DNA of 64,000 nucleotides from Candidatus Melainabacteria bacterium 17Bon1m (GCA_032128875.1 JAVLKG010000001.1:544001-608000); one strand, 5' to 3'. Shown: positions 29,359 through 40,078, counted from the stretch's first letter. Made by a program: numbers and translations. The notes: generated from the letters alone by a model not told the origin.

Positions 29359-29679
29359 TTTGCCTCTGGGATAGATCTAAGAATCTTTAGCTATTGTTCC
29401 CTGTGGCGCCACTTTTCCTTCCCCTTAGCCATTTGGGGGGGGGAGAAATGTGCTTCTTAAGAGAAATGGGGAAATCAAGCCCTGCCATGCGACTATATTA
29501 GCGCCTTTGAATCCCCTACCCCGAGCCAGAAAAGATAGTTGCCCGTCGCGGGAACGATTCTCTGCCTCGGTCGGTCATGCTTAACGCGTGAGTGTCGCCA
29601 AATGGGCGCAGCGTAAGTCCAGTGAAAGTGTTGTTTGAACAATTGGACTCATCTGAGGAATTGAACCAGAGGTACGGCT

Positions 29680-30165
29680 ATGTTTGAGCTGCAAACACCA
29701 TGGCACGAGTTAGTGCTCCGTTGCACCTTGCTCTACTGCTTCATTTTGACCATTCTTCGAATTGCTAACAGAGAAGGTGGCCAGTTGTCGCCGGTGGATC
29801 AAGTTGTGCTGTTTACCGTTGGTGATTTGATTGCTTCGGCAGCGATAAAGAATGATGATTCCCTGGTTGCTGCTTTCATTGCGATGTCTGTTTTTGTTGG
29901 CATGAGTTATATCGTCAATACGCTTTCGTACAGGTTCAAGCCGGTAGCGAAGGCTCTGCAAGGGGCGCCTTTGGTGCTGGTGCACAATGGCGAGATCAAA
30001 TGGGAAAACATGGAGAAAGAGAAGATTTCGAAAGGTGAGTTGATGGAGTCTATTCGTTCGGCGGGACATTTGTCGATTACGAATGTGCAAGTCGCTATGC
30101 TCGAAGCAAACGGCACCATTTCTGTCATTAGCAAACCAAATAGCGAATCTCAGCGGACCTTGTGA
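29680..30165 (+). CDS. DUF421/YetF-family membrane protein
   Basis: REGGQLSPVD, G.P..LV.NG, AMLEANGTISVI. Confidence 0.9.
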   Translation: MFELQTPWHELVLRCTLLYCFILTILRIANREGGQLSPVDQVVLFTVGDLIASAAIKNDDSLVAAFIAMSVFVGMSYIVNTLSYRFKPVAKALQGAPLVLVHNGEIKWENMEKEKISKGELMESIRSAGHLSITNVQVAMLEANGTISVISKPNSESQRTL

Positions 30166-31082
30166 GACGTTATACTGTCCCTGATTACTCGTGCAAAATT
30201 GACACCATATGCGGTGGATATGCGCGAGGCGAAGGGATGGTGTTTATGAACGCTTACGTTGTTGGATTTCTCGTGATGCTTGTCACATCTGCCGTTGCAG
30301 TTAGTGGCATGTTGATTGTGCGTCGTATTGTCGGCGTCGAAAAATTGAAGAGTTTCAATGAAGTTGCAGGCAATAGTTTTCAGGTTGTTGGAACATTCTA
30401 TGCTGTTCTTCTGGGACTTATCGTTGTCGATGCCATGACGGATATGTCTGACTTGCGCAACACGATAGAACAAGAGGCCAACGCCGTTGCTGACGTCTAC
30501 ATCTTGTCTCGTGGCTTGCCGGAGCCGCAGCAAACGAAGGTTCGGGAGCTGACGTCTGGTTATGTCGAGACAGTGATCGATGATGAATGGCCCGCGATGA
30601 AGCAAGGCAAGGTAAGCACGAAGGCGATTGTGCAGGTCAACGAATTGTGGAACACAATCATCGACTTCAAGCCAACCGCAGACGATCAAAAGGACATTCG
30701 CCAGATGTGCTTAGATCGGGTTTCGGAACTCGGCGATAGTCGCCGATCGCGATTAATAACCAGCTCGCACGGTGTTTCTACTGAGCTATGGACAGTGCTT
30801 ATAATTGGTGGCATTCTCACGCTAGGTTTCTCTTATTTCCTGGGTTTGTCGAGTCTGATTGGACAGGCTCTGATGACAGTAGTGATTGCCAGCACGCTAG
30901 CGCTGAATGTTTATCTCGTATTCCTCTTTGGGTATCCGCTTTCTGGTGCCTACTGTGTGGAGCCCGAAGGTTTTATAGTCGACAGGATTATCTTCAAGTT
31001 GCGTGGCAGTGGCGGTGGTGCCTTACCTCACTCGAAGACTATCGACCCCAAGTTGTTGTTGAAGACGCGCGGGAAACTTTAG
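30162..31082 (+). CDS. DUF4239 / bestrophin-like membrane protein (start likely ~30246)
   Basis: VVGTFYAVLLGL, EANA, VIDDEWPAM, RRSRL motifs. Confidence 0.8.
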   Translation: MRRYTVPDYSCKIDTICGGYARGEGMVFMNAYVVGFLVMLVTSAVAVSGMLIVRRIVGVEKLKSFNEVAGNSFQVVGTFYAVLLGLIVVDAMTDMSDLRNTIEQEANAVADVYILSRGLPEPQQTKVRELTSGYVETVIDDEWPAMKQGKVSTKAIVQVNELWNTIIDFKPTADDQKDIRQMCLDRVSELGDSRRSRLITSSHGVSTELWTVLIIGGILTLGFSYFLGLSSLIGQALMTVVIASTLALNVYLVFLFGYPLSGAYCVEPEGFIVDRIIFKLRGSGGGALPHSKTIDPKLLLKTRGKL

Positions 31083-31214
31083 TTTTCAATTTGCTTGCGA
31101 ATCTCGAGAAAAATAATTTCTCAGAGTGGGAACTGTGCTGTTTTTCCGGCGTCCCTCGTGACGTGTAGGAAATGGCTCTTCGGCTGAGCTGTTTTGCAAC
31201 CCTGGAGGAGCTCG

Positions 31215-31682
31215 ATGAACACTGTTTTTACTCGGCGTCTTTTGGCTGGACTGGCGCTGCTGACCATTGTTAGCCCAATGGCTGCTTATGCCGACCACGA
31301 TCATCATCGCCACAACAATAATTGGAAGCAAAAGAATAATTGGCAAAAGAAGTATTACAAGAACGTCCAGAAAGCCCAAAAGCGTCAGTACAACAACTAT
31401 CGCAAGGTTGCGAACAATGTTAATCGTGACTACTGGCACACTCATTGGGGCAATAATTGGAACGACCAGCGCGAATGGTACAGGCACAATCTCCGCAACA
31501 TGCAGCGCGCGCAACAGCAGCAGTACGAAGCTCAAATGAGAGCGCAATATCTCGCGTATCGCAATAACAATTACAACGGTCCTTATGGCTGGGATGCTTA
31601 TTCTGAGCCAGGCTTCTTGGACTATTTGCATACTCGCAGTCCAGGTCTTCTCAATTCGATTCGTTCAATAATCGGGTTTTAG
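31215..31682 (+). CDS. Exported Asn/Trp/Tyr-rich hypothetical protein
   Basis: GGAGG RBS, signal peptide ending AYA. Confidence 0.75.
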   Translation: MNTVFTRRLLAGLALLTIVSPMAAYADHDHHRHNNNWKQKNNWQKKYYKNVQKAQKRQYNNYRKVANNVNRDYWHTHWGNNWNDQREWYRHNLRNMQRAQQQQYEAQMRAQYLAYRNNNYNGPYGWDAYSEPGFLDYLHTRSPGLLNSIRSIIGF

Positions 31683-31862
31683 ACACAAAACCGACATTTT
31701 CGGCTGTGGCAAGTTGTCAGCTGAAAAACGGAGACACTGAGTCCGGTGGAATCGAAAGAATCCGCCGGATTTCTGCGTACGTTCATCATCTTTCCATCAA
31801 GCGTCGTGTCCGCTAATCGATTAAAATAGGATGATTACACCGTTGTCAATATGCGTGCTTAG

Positions 31863-32855
31863 ATGAATACAAAGAGATTTGCAATCGTTGGTTTGGCTTT
31901 TGGCGTGATTGCGTTCACCGCCGTGCCCGTTCAGGCTCAATTTTTGAAGAAACTTTTGCAGGGCTCGTCTCAGCAGAATGATTTCCAAAACAATACTTTT
32001 GGGAATCAATTCGGTCAGCAGTACGGAAACGGCTATAACAATTACGGACAGCAGTTCGGTGGCGGCTTTAACCAGTTTGGCGGATATCCGAATAACGGAA
32101 TGTCCAACTTCAATTCCGGCAATATGACGTCCAGTCTCAATACGCTCGACACCAACGCAGACCAGCTTTCAGGGCGAATTCAAAGATTTCTGCAATCCAC
32201 CGGCCGATGGGCGCCGCAGCCGAAGGGTAATGACATGCAGGTTTGCGTAGCAATGCAAGCGCTAAAGCAGCAAATTGGGCAAGTGAAACGCAGCGCAGGC
32301 GGAAATATGACTCCTCAGTTGCAAATGCAACTGACTCAGCTGCAACAGTCTGCCAACAATTTGGTCAACACGATGCAAATCGCTGGAATAGACCCGGGCA
32401 CGCGAGGTCAGGCTCAAATGTTGCGTGACAATATTAGTCAAATGTTGTCGATGTCCAGCATCACCAATGGTGGCAACGCGATTAATCCTTTTTGGAACAT
32501 GGGTCAACCTTATGGTGGTAGTCCGATGCTCCATGTAAATCAATCAGGGCGCGGGCAGCTCACTGTCATGGGGCAGCAATATATGCGTTTTCGTGATCTA
32601 TCTGTGGAGACTATCGACCCGGTCAGTCGTAGAGTTCGCGCATCGTTTTCTGGTGGTCGAGATGGAGTCATTTTGTCTGGTCCGATTACCAATCAGACCA
32701 TGAACGGAATTACCATCGCGGTTGATTCCTCCGACAAAGGTTCGGTCAATGGAGTGCTAAATATCAGCTTCGTATCCAACGGGTCTATCGGTAATGTCAG
32801 CTCAACCGGGCAAATGAACGGACAGGGCTACGCTATTCAGTTCAACGGGAATTAG
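31863..32855 (+). CDS. Exported Gln/Asn/Gly-rich hypothetical protein
   Basis: Signal peptide ending VQA; 330-aa ORF. Confidence 0.8.
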   Translation: MNTKRFAIVGLAFGVIAFTAVPVQAQFLKKLLQGSSQQNDFQNNTFGNQFGQQYGNGYNNYGQQFGGGFNQFGGYPNNGMSNFNSGNMTSSLNTLDTNADQLSGRIQRFLQSTGRWAPQPKGNDMQVCVAMQALKQQIGQVKRSAGGNMTPQLQMQLTQLQQSANNLVNTMQIAGIDPGTRGQAQMLRDNISQMLSMSSITNGGNAINPFWNMGQPYGGSPMLHVNQSGRGQLTVMGQQYMRFRDLSVETIDPVSRRVRASFSGGRDGVILSGPITNQTMNGITIAVDSSDKGSVNGVLNISFVSNGSIGNVSSTGQMNGQGYAIQFNGN

Positions 32856-32922
32856 TCTAAAGCTTCATGAAATCCCTTAGATGCGGGGTCCGACCACGCA
32901 TTCAATCAGTTAAAATTACTGA

Positions 32923-34839
32923 ATGGCACTCATAAAAAATCCCCGGGCAACTGCAATCGCGAACAACTTCGCGAATAGGCTCGTGAGCAAAACTCCCGTT
33001 TTAAATAAAGCGAGTAAGTTTTTGAGCCTGGCATCTTGCATTCTTCTTTCGAGCAACATTCCGGCAATCTCTTCCGCGTACTTCGATTTGGAAAAGGAAT
33101 GGATAAAGACCTTCAACGAGGGAGTGACTGCGCTCGATTCCAATCTTTATGGCAAGTCTGAACCGTTGCTGAAAGAGGCTGTAGATCTTTCTGCGCGCTT
33201 CGGTGCTGGTGATCCGCGTTATCCGAAGAGTCTAGGCGAGCTCGGACGGCTGTACACGATTCGGCGTAGATATGCCGAAGCAGAGCCACTTTTAGAGCAG
33301 CAATTGCATTTTACGGAAGTTCAGTTGGGCAAGAATAGTGGGAAAACCATTCCTGCTCTCGGGCAATTGATAAAGTTCTACATTATGTATGGAACCGCCA
33401 GCAAAGCCGATCCGCTTGCTGAGGAGTTGCTTGGATTTATCGACGGAAAGATGCGCGAAGATGCAGAGCTGAATGCCGAGCATACCACCGCTGCTAAAGG
33501 GAAGGTGCTCACGGCCTGGGCTGGAACCGCACCACCTGCAACACACATTCCTCGTATGGATTGGGCTGTTACGTGCGATCGCCTCGGCGATTTGTATCGA
33601 TATAGAAAGAACTTCGACATGGCAGAACGCTTTTATAAAGCGGGTCTCGACATCAAAGTCACTATCATGGGCAAAGAGCACATGTCGATGGCTGTGAGCT
33701 ACGACAATCTCGGGACGCTGGCGCTCGACAAAGAAGAATACAGGGATGCGGAAGATTATTTCCGAGAGTCGCTGGAAACAACGCAGAAGATAATGGGCAA
33801 TGGCGACCCTGATACCTACGCGCGTTTGGACCGCCTCGCGAAGGCGCTGATCAAAGAGAAGAAGTTTGACGAAGCAGAGAAAACTTATTACAGAGCGCTG
33901 GAAATTTGGAAGGACGAACCGAGCGCTGCTGGTGCAAAAGCTCGTTGTTTGTATCAACTTGGTTCGATGCAGTGCGACATTGGTCGCTTCGGATCGGCTG
34001 CCGGACTGCTGAGTCAAGCGTTAAATCTTTCCGTGAAAGCGAACGGGTCTTTGTCCTATTACAATGTGCCTTACATGCGAAAGTTGGCATACGCTTTGTA
34101 TTACTGCGGTCGCCGAGGTGAATCGGACGGATTGAAGTCGCGTGCAAACTGGCTTGCTGACGGCATGGAAGAGCCGAAGCCTGCGGAAAAAACTGCAGCT
34201 AAAACCGATGTGAAAACCGCAGCGAAGCCCGCTGAGAAAACTGCCGACAAGCCTGGCGTTAAGCCCGACGATAAAACATCAGCAAGCGGAAAGTCCGCCG
34301 AAAAGCCAGGCGCAAAGCCAGGCGCAAAGCCAGGTGACAAGACTGCTACGGTGGCAAAAGATGCAGTTTCTAAAACCGGAAAACTTGCCGGCGAGAAAAC
34401 GAAAGTCTCAGATGCTTATGACCCGGATAAGAAGTTCGTCAAGCCAGGCACTGCCACTGCCCTTGAGACTATCAAGTCTATGCGCGAGCAGGGTAAGTCT
34501 GGACCAATGAAGCCCGTCGCTGAAGACGAAGATGAAAAGCCGATGAACCTCATGAAGATGATGCGTGAGGCAGAAGCGGGCTCTCGAGCGCAGAGCCAAG
34601 CACCGGCTCAGCACTCAGCGCAACCAACAGTCGCAACTCCGCAGGCTGCACCCCAGGTTGAGGCGCAGCCGCCTCAAGTTGCTCAACCGATTGAACCACA
34701 ACAATCGCCTCAGCCTGCACCTCCCCCGCAGGAGTCCTCGGTTCAGACGCAACCTGCAGATGCACAAGCCCCGCCGCCCTCCTCGATTTCCGCTCCTAAG
34801 GAGGGCGCAACTCGCGCGCCCATTCCTGGCGCGAACTGA
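32923..34839 (+). CDS. TPR-repeat protein with low-complexity tail
   Basis: Kinesin-light-chain-like TPRs (SLGELGRLY, SYDNLGTL, LDRLAKAL), Lys/Pro/Gln-rich C-terminus. Confidence 0.85.
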   Translation: MALIKNPRATAIANNFANRLVSKTPVLNKASKFLSLASCILLSSNIPAISSAYFDLEKEWIKTFNEGVTALDSNLYGKSEPLLKEAVDLSARFGAGDPRYPKSLGELGRLYTIRRRYAEAEPLLEQQLHFTEVQLGKNSGKTIPALGQLIKFYIMYGTASKADPLAEELLGFIDGKMREDAELNAEHTTAAKGKVLTAWAGTAPPATHIPRMDWAVTCDRLGDLYRYRKNFDMAERFYKAGLDIKVTIMGKEHMSMAVSYDNLGTLALDKEEYRDAEDYFRESLETTQKIMGNGDPDTYARLDRLAKALIKEKKFDEAEKTYYRALEIWKDEPSAAGAKARCLYQLGSMQCDIGRFGSAAGLLSQALNLSVKANGSLSYYNVPYMRKLAYALYYCGRRGESDGLKSRANWLADGMEEPKPAEKTAAKTDVKTAAKPAEKTADKPGVKPDDKTSASGKSAEKPGAKPGAKPGDKTATVAKDAVSKTGKLAGEKTKVSDAYDPDKKFVKPGTATALETIKSMREQGKSGPMKPVAEDEDEKPMNLMKMMREAEAGSRAQSQAPAQHSAQPTVATPQAAPQVEAQPPQVAQPIEPQQSPQPAPPPQESSVQTQPADAQAPPPSSISAPKEGATRAPIPGAN

Positions 34840-35066
34840 ATCTTCTGCAATCTCTATATAGTCAATAGATTGGTTCTTACTAACCTGGAATCCGGTCAGT
34901 TTCTTTCTTGACAATCTTCACTGTTCCTACCTGCGCCAGCCTGACTCCTTAACTGGTGGGCTTTTTCCGTCTTTTATCGAGCTATTAACGATTGAAAAGC
35001 TGGAAGAGCCCCCCGGGCTTGGAGTCCGCCCATTGTGATAATATGAATAACCTATCAAAGACCTAT

Positions 35067-35140
35067 CTGCCCGTAGCCCAGCTGGATAGAGCGCATGGCT
35101 ACGAACCATGAGGTCGGGAGTTCGAATCTCTCCGGGCAGG
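35067..35140 (+). tRNA. tRNA-Arg (anticodon ACG), CCA not encoded
   Basis: Acceptor CTGCCCG/CGGGCAG, D-arm, anticodon stem CATGG/CCATG with loop CT-ACG-AA, T-arm GGGAG-TTCGAAT-CTCTC. Confidence 0.97.
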
Positions 35141-35204
35141 TATATAGAACGGCTTTCTCTGAGCGGCAACGTAAAGATTGAGCCGTTTTTTATTGGGGCG
35201 GGCG
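35099..35204 (+). repeat. attL direct repeat
   Basis: Matches 46245-46350 with 2 mismatches in 106 bp; begins in the anticodon loop. Confidence 0.95.
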
Positions 35205-35343
35205 ATAAGCAATTATGGCCCCTATATGGACCCTTTGGCATCCAAGTTGATCAATGGAAAAATAACTCGGGGCCATAGGTTTAGCGCGAATAACCATAAG
35301 GTCGCGGAACTTGTTTTTTTACTCCAAGGCTGTGTGATCACTG

Positions 35344-35985
35344 ATGAGCACTTACGACCTAAGAACATGTAGCTACGACGAGTTTCTCGATTTCGTCTTC
35401 GAGCATCCAGTCGAGAAGGAGCATTGGTATTGGGAGTCAGGGTTAAAGGTTTTGTACGATGTAAATCGAAACGCAGAACTTCTCACGAAACTTTTTAGCA
35501 ACGCTAGGCCACTCTTGGACAGTTACACGCGCGAGCAGCTAGAACAAGGCTTTTGGGCGCTCCAGAGCGGCTGCGTTGACGGGCTTGTGGAAGATGTGAT
35601 GTTTGAGCAGTCCGTTCCATTTGAAAGACGAGCTGAATTTATTCGCTCTATGTTCCTGCTTTATCGAGATCTCTTTTCGATTGATGCTCTTGAGACGTCA
35701 AGTAACATGTGGTGGGACTGTATTTCCAGCGACTATGCAATTCGCCGCCGCTCGCAAGATACCTCGGAAGACGATAGGAATATTCAAGACGTGATGTTCG
35801 AGACACTGACTAAGATTCTCTATCTAGATTCGGAGGAGTGTCAGGGAGCCGCTCTACATGGACTTGGTCATCTCCGTCACCCAAACACGGAAAAGGTGAT
35901 TCGCGATTGGATTGCCACACAGCCGGAGCTTCCTGAAGACGATCTTGAATTTGCAGAAGCTTGTATTACCGGCGATATTATGTAG
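35344..35985 (+). CDS. Hypothetical acidic helical protein
   Basis: 213-aa ORF; MWWD and AALHGLGHL motifs; first cargo gene of the island. Confidence 0.8.
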   Translation: MSTYDLRTCSYDEFLDFVFEHPVEKEHWYWESGLKVLYDVNRNAELLTKLFSNARPLLDSYTREQLEQGFWALQSGCVDGLVEDVMFEQSVPFERRAEFIRSMFLLYRDLFSIDALETSSNMWWDCISSDYAIRRRSQDTSEDDRNIQDVMFETLTKILYLDSEECQGAALHGLGHLRHPNTEKVIRDWIATQPELPEDDLEFAEACITGDIM

Positions 35986-36754
35986 GAGCAGGCATTTCCC
36001 GCTTTCCACTGGTTGACTTGAACAAGTCGATCTTAAGCGGGAGGTCCGCATTATCAGGGGAAAGACCTACAAACCAAATCTTTTGAATATGCTTTGATGT
36101 AAGAGCATCTCTAAACTGTTCAGTTACTTCAAACAAGCTAACATGAGCAGCTTCATCCCAGTGTGCGTAGTCATCAATCACAATGCACAACCAATTGTGT
36201 TTGTTTGTCCATTCTTTCTTGACTTTCTTGCCAATTCTATCTGTGACAGCGTCCACAAGTTTAGCTTGTAGGCTAGTCACTTTTTCAAGTTCGACCGCGC
36301 AACCAGAACCTGCTTTTCGCAACCGAGCAACATCATTCCCTGTATGACCAGAGAATGAGATAACACGCCCCTTCGCAAGTTCATCAGCTACGAAATCCGT
36401 CAATAAATGGTCTTTGGTAGAAGTAATTTCCACATAGAACGATTCACTTTCCAGTATCACCTCACCGTCAGCTAGCGGTTTGTCCAAGTATCTAACCTTT
36501 ACTTGTTCATTGTCTTGCCCGAATTCTGCAGCGCAAACCTTCGCAAGTATTTCCATTTCGTGTACAAATTGTTTTCGACGGAATTTCTTGTCTTCGAGGC
36601 AATGCTCTGAACTCAAAAGGAGCGATTCTCGAACACAGGCACAATATGCGATGTAGTCGCGCACCGTGTAGGTTGCGAACCTCTTAGATTTGGATACGAT
36701 TTGATTTCTAGGTTCAATAGACATGATTGGACCATCATAACTCAGCTCGGACAT
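35978..36754 (-). CDS. Hypothetical protein, possible PD-(D/E)XK nuclease fold
   Basis: E...PLADG...FYVEIT motif followed by KK..K.W and WLCIVID. Confidence 0.55.
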   Translation of the reverse strand: MSELSYDGPIMSIEPRNQIVSKSKRFATYTVRDYIAYCACVRESLLLSSEHCLEDKKFRRKQFVHEMEILAKVCAAEFGQDNEQVKVRYLDKPLADGEVILESESFYVEITSTKDHLLTDFVADELAKGRVISFSGHTGNDVARLRKAGSGCAVELEKVTSLQAKLVDAVTDRIGKKVKKEWTNKHNWLCIVIDDYAHWDEAAHVSLFEVTEQFRDALTSKHIQKIWFVGLSPDNADLPLKIDLFKSTSGKREMPAPT

Positions 36755-36823
36755 CCTTTGCCGTATTGACGGATGCCGATATGAGACAGCCTCATTACTA
36801 AAAGCATTGACGAGAGACAGCCC

Positions 36824-37272
36824 TTATTTTTTCGTTGCGTTGCTTTCTGCTTTCAAATTTTGACCGGTGTAGCGTAAGGGTTTGCCGTCAGTGGTTTTCA
36901 TATACACATCACAAATAATTGTTCCGCCCTCATTGGGGGAGTCGCCGCCTGAGTTTGGCGATACAACAAGCATTGTCTTTGTCGTACCGACTGAATAGTG
37001 TGCGATGAATCTGGGAATGTGTCCGCCTCGTCCGCATACACCTCTGCCGCAGATTCGCCCCAATCTATAGCATCAGGAAAGCCGGTTCCGAATGTACGTA
37101 TTTTGACTTTGTCGTCGTCTTTGCGGATTGTGATTCTGTGGAGATGTCCTTTATACGTGCTGACATAGGTTGTGCACCAGTTGTCTACAGCATCAGCATT
37201 GGCAGATGGGGGCAAAGCCAGCGAATTGCAGGCAAGTGCGATTGCAGGTAATATCCAACTCTTTCTTGCCAT
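36824..37272 (-). pseudogene. Exported protein split by a frameshift near 37010-37020
   Basis: Signal-peptide ORF 37272->...ADEADTFP continues in another frame as PRFIAHYSVG...NATKK*. Confidence 0.55.
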
Positions 37273-37946
37273 AGGTATTGCTCTCCGTGGGGCGGCGCGA
37301 ATAGCATATCAGTCTTTTACTTGCAAGGAAACGCCGGAAATCCGTAGGTGCGGAATGTTGATCTTGTTTGCTGGGTGGTACCATTTGCGGTGGCATGCCG
37401 CGTGAAAAATCCTTTGATTTCGGCAAAATTCTAGAGCGTGATGAAAACCGGCAATCGTTCATTGCAATCAAAGGCAATCAACATTTAGCAAAGGCGCTCT
37501 GTGAAATTCTTGCCGGACATAAGTTTCGGGAAATCGGGCGCCGCAAAAATGCGATAGTTGCAAATGTTGTTCGGGCTGGAGATGCGGATCTTCATACTGA
37601 TTTCTGTTGGGCACGCCGCAAAGGGCAACAGTAATCGCATGTACAGTCATTGGGCGCCTCGCGCGCTTATCCTGCCTGTCGGACCCATTGTTTTAGGCTA
37701 TTTCGACTAATTTTGGGTGCTTCTTCTAGTCTCGGGTCGATGAAAAAATGCGTCCTGCATACGAGGAATTCCCCCGCAGGCATCTGCCGTTCTGGCGGAA
37801 TACCGTCGAACTTGGGTCCTGGAGTGAAGCCTGCCAAAGGCATCCGAAGGACTTGGGCTTCGCTCCGGGAGTTAGGCGGTAGGCTGGTCGCCTGGCAGAT
37901 CGGCGGGGCTACCTCCAAAGTCACTTGGGTAATGGTCATGTAGCAA

Positions 37947-38597
37947 TCATGCGGTTGGGTCAAACGGTTCTGTGTCATCAATGTAGCTGATGTTATAAGT
38001 GGACAAGATTCCACGGAAGGTATCAATCAGTTTCGGCGACAAGAAACTATCTGACTCAAGATGCTTAAGTTTTTTGCTCGCTCTTTCGTAGAGTGCGATG
38101 CTATTGAGGTTTGGATCAATTCGAGATCGGTAGACTAACCCGTCTGCATCGCTATTTCTCCAGAAGAAAAGAGACCATCGCTGCGCAATCCGATAATTTC
38201 CAGTTGTTAGTCGCGCATCAGCACCAATCTGAGCCAATCCAGGTCCAGTTAAATCAATCAAACGTAAAGACGGGCTTATAATCTCAATCGTCGCAAGCCT
38301 GCGCCTCTCAAGTTCAGTTTTAGTAATTTCGCTGGCACTAGCAGTGTCATGCCTGTACGTCTCAAGAAAGCAGCACTGTACAGTTGGCGCAAAATAACAG
38401 GTTCCAAATTCTTTCGCAGGCGCATTGAACCTATAGTCATCACCAGTACTAAAGAATAGAGGACTGTGCTCTTTCCTGTGGCTTCTGAATAGTGCATCTT
38501 CGAAGTTTGCAAGCGTAAAAGTTAAGTCACCTAATCCTTTCGGTGGCTCAGGATGTTCGCCTGGTCCTAGCTCGTTAGATTGAACCTTGCTCGCCAT
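37947..38597 (-). CDS. RES-domain toxin (putative NAD+ phosphorylase)
   Basis: LFRSH, YRFNAP..EFGTCY, FLET, DGLVYRSR, IALYER motifs. Confidence 0.9.
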   Translation of the reverse strand: MASKVQSNELGPGEHPEPPKGLGDLTFTLANFEDALFRSHRKEHSPLFFSTGDDYRFNAPAKEFGTCYFAPTVQCCFLETYRHDTASASEITKTELERRRLATIEIISPSLRLIDLTGPGLAQIGADARLTTGNYRIAQRWSLFFWRNSDADGLVYRSRIDPNLNSIALYERASKKLKHLESDSFLSPKLIDTFRGILSTYNISYIDDTEPFDPTA

Positions 38598-39243
38598 AAA
38601 GCTTTGCGGCTCGGTTTACTGCGTTGATATCTCCGCTTCTTAAGGCCTGCAGCGGACTTCTCATTTCGAGGGCTGCATTGGGCCTCACCATGAATGAAAG
38701 TTTCATCCATGGGTCAAAATCATTCAGCGTTTGAAGAACTTTGTCCAATCCAGGTAATAACTTTCCTCTTTCAAGCTGCCACATTGGAAAAACTGGTGCA
38801 CCATTGACGGTGTCAATGCCAATTATTTTTCCGTCCTTTCTGATATCGGACAGGAGGCTTGTCGATATGTTTAACGATTTGGCAAATTCTTCTGCTGAAA
38901 GATAACCGCCTTCCAGTGACAGAAGATTTCTCTTCGCCAGATTTTCACTTCCTCTGTCAATAATGGCAGGGTGGGCGATTCCAAATGTTGCTCTAGGAAC
39001 ATCCATACAAGACAGAATTACAGAAACGCCAGTTGGCCAGTAGACTGTAGAGGGCTCTACGCTGACGGAAAAGGTTGCTATGCTCGACTCGTAATCGGGG
39101 CGTACAAAAAAATAGTTGGTGTGAACCACGGGTTTTCTATGTACAACTTGTCTGTCATTTTGCATGCATAGAGTTGCGTGCTTACCGGCGATAACTTGTA
39201 TAGGAAATCGGATCTTCTCTTTTTCAATTGTCAGTTTAGACAT
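38575..39243 (-). CDS. Xre/MbcA-like antitoxin with N-terminal extension
   Basis: EGGYLSAEEFAKSL HTH, FPMWQ, LPGL..VL, P.AAL...PLQALRSG, YGEQG; overlaps the RES gene. Confidence 0.8.
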   Translation of the reverse strand: MSKLTIEKEKIRFPIQVIAGKHATLCMQNDRQVVHRKPVVHTNYFFVRPDYESSIATFSVSVEPSTVYWPTGVSVILSCMDVPRATFGIAHPAIIDRGSENLAKRNLLSLEGGYLSAEEFAKSLNISTSLLSDIRKDGKIIGIDTVNGAPVFPMWQLERGKLLPGLDKVLQTLNDFDPWMKLSFMVRPNAALEMRSPLQALRSGDINAVNRAAKLYGEQGSI

Positions 39244-40078
39244 TTCTCTTTTTCCATATTTTTTGTTGCGCGTTGTCGCTCGTAATATCCTCAAATGCTT
39301 TTACTATCCAGGTTCTAGCCATATCAAACCAGTCTTTGGTAAACTCTAAAGATCTGTTTTTCGAGATGCCTCGCGCGGTTATTGTTAATTGCAAGACCGG
39401 AGCTCTATCTTCTATTCTTGCCGCGCTAAGAATTGAGATGTGAAGTCGCCCAGTTTCCTGCGGCATTACAAAAGTTGTGTTCCAGTTGAAAGTCTCTGGT
39501 GGAGGCAAGAACCGCTTTTCGGAATTGCGCCATGAAAAATCAGGTACTACAGATCCTACATCTGCATTATTGCTCCAACCTTGTTTGGCTGGAATGAGGT
39601 TAACATATGTCATCTCATACTGAGTTGGTTCTATTTCTCCCAGATTTGACGCTTTTACAAACCCGTATAGCCGGTTTAGTTGTAACTGAAACAGTTCGAA
39701 GACTTTCGCATAACGAGGATATGTTTGGTCTGAGTTGACTTTCTTCCAATTCACTAACAGTCGGTCAGGCTGAAACTGAACAATCTCAGATTCATCTTCG
39801 TTGAAAAACCATACGCGTGGAAGGGGAGGAATTTGCTTTAGCTGAATGGAGGGCTGCGGTTGAGGGGAGAATTGCTCCATTACCGGAGCCAGAGGTGGAA
39901 GCTCACGACAAAACATATATTCAGGATGAAATTGTTGCCAAAGTAAGCCGATATGCGGAGATGCCAAATTTGTGAGTTCTTTGAACTGGATGCCGCAGAC
40001 GACCTCAACTATAGGCGGAGCATCAAAGTCCGGTAAAGAACTTTTGGGGTCTATTTTTGGGGTACGCTTGGAAGGCAT
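39236..40078 (-). CDS. TIGR04255-family protein
   Basis: PPIVEVVCGIQF, PRVWF, QFQPDRLLVNW, YPRY, YVNLI signature motifs. Confidence 0.8.
   Translation of the reverse strand: MPSKRTPKIDPKSSLPDFDAPPIVEVVCGIQFKELTNLASPHIGLLWQQFHPEYMFCRELPPLAPVMEQFSPQPQPSIQLKQIPPLPRVWFFNEDESEIVQFQPDRLLVNWKKVNSDQTYPRYAKVFELFQLQLNRLYGFVKASNLGEIEPTQYEMTYVNLIPAKQGWSNNADVGSVVPDFSWRNSEKRFLPPPETFNWNTTFVMPQETGRLHISILSAARIEDRAPVLQLTITARGISKNRSLEFTKDWFDMARTWIVKAFEDITSDNAQQKIWKKRNV

Noticed and set aside
37368-37943. Small ORFs between the exported pseudogene and the RES toxin
   Set aside because: No recognisable motifs or clear RBS; they cannot be distinguished from chance ORFs.
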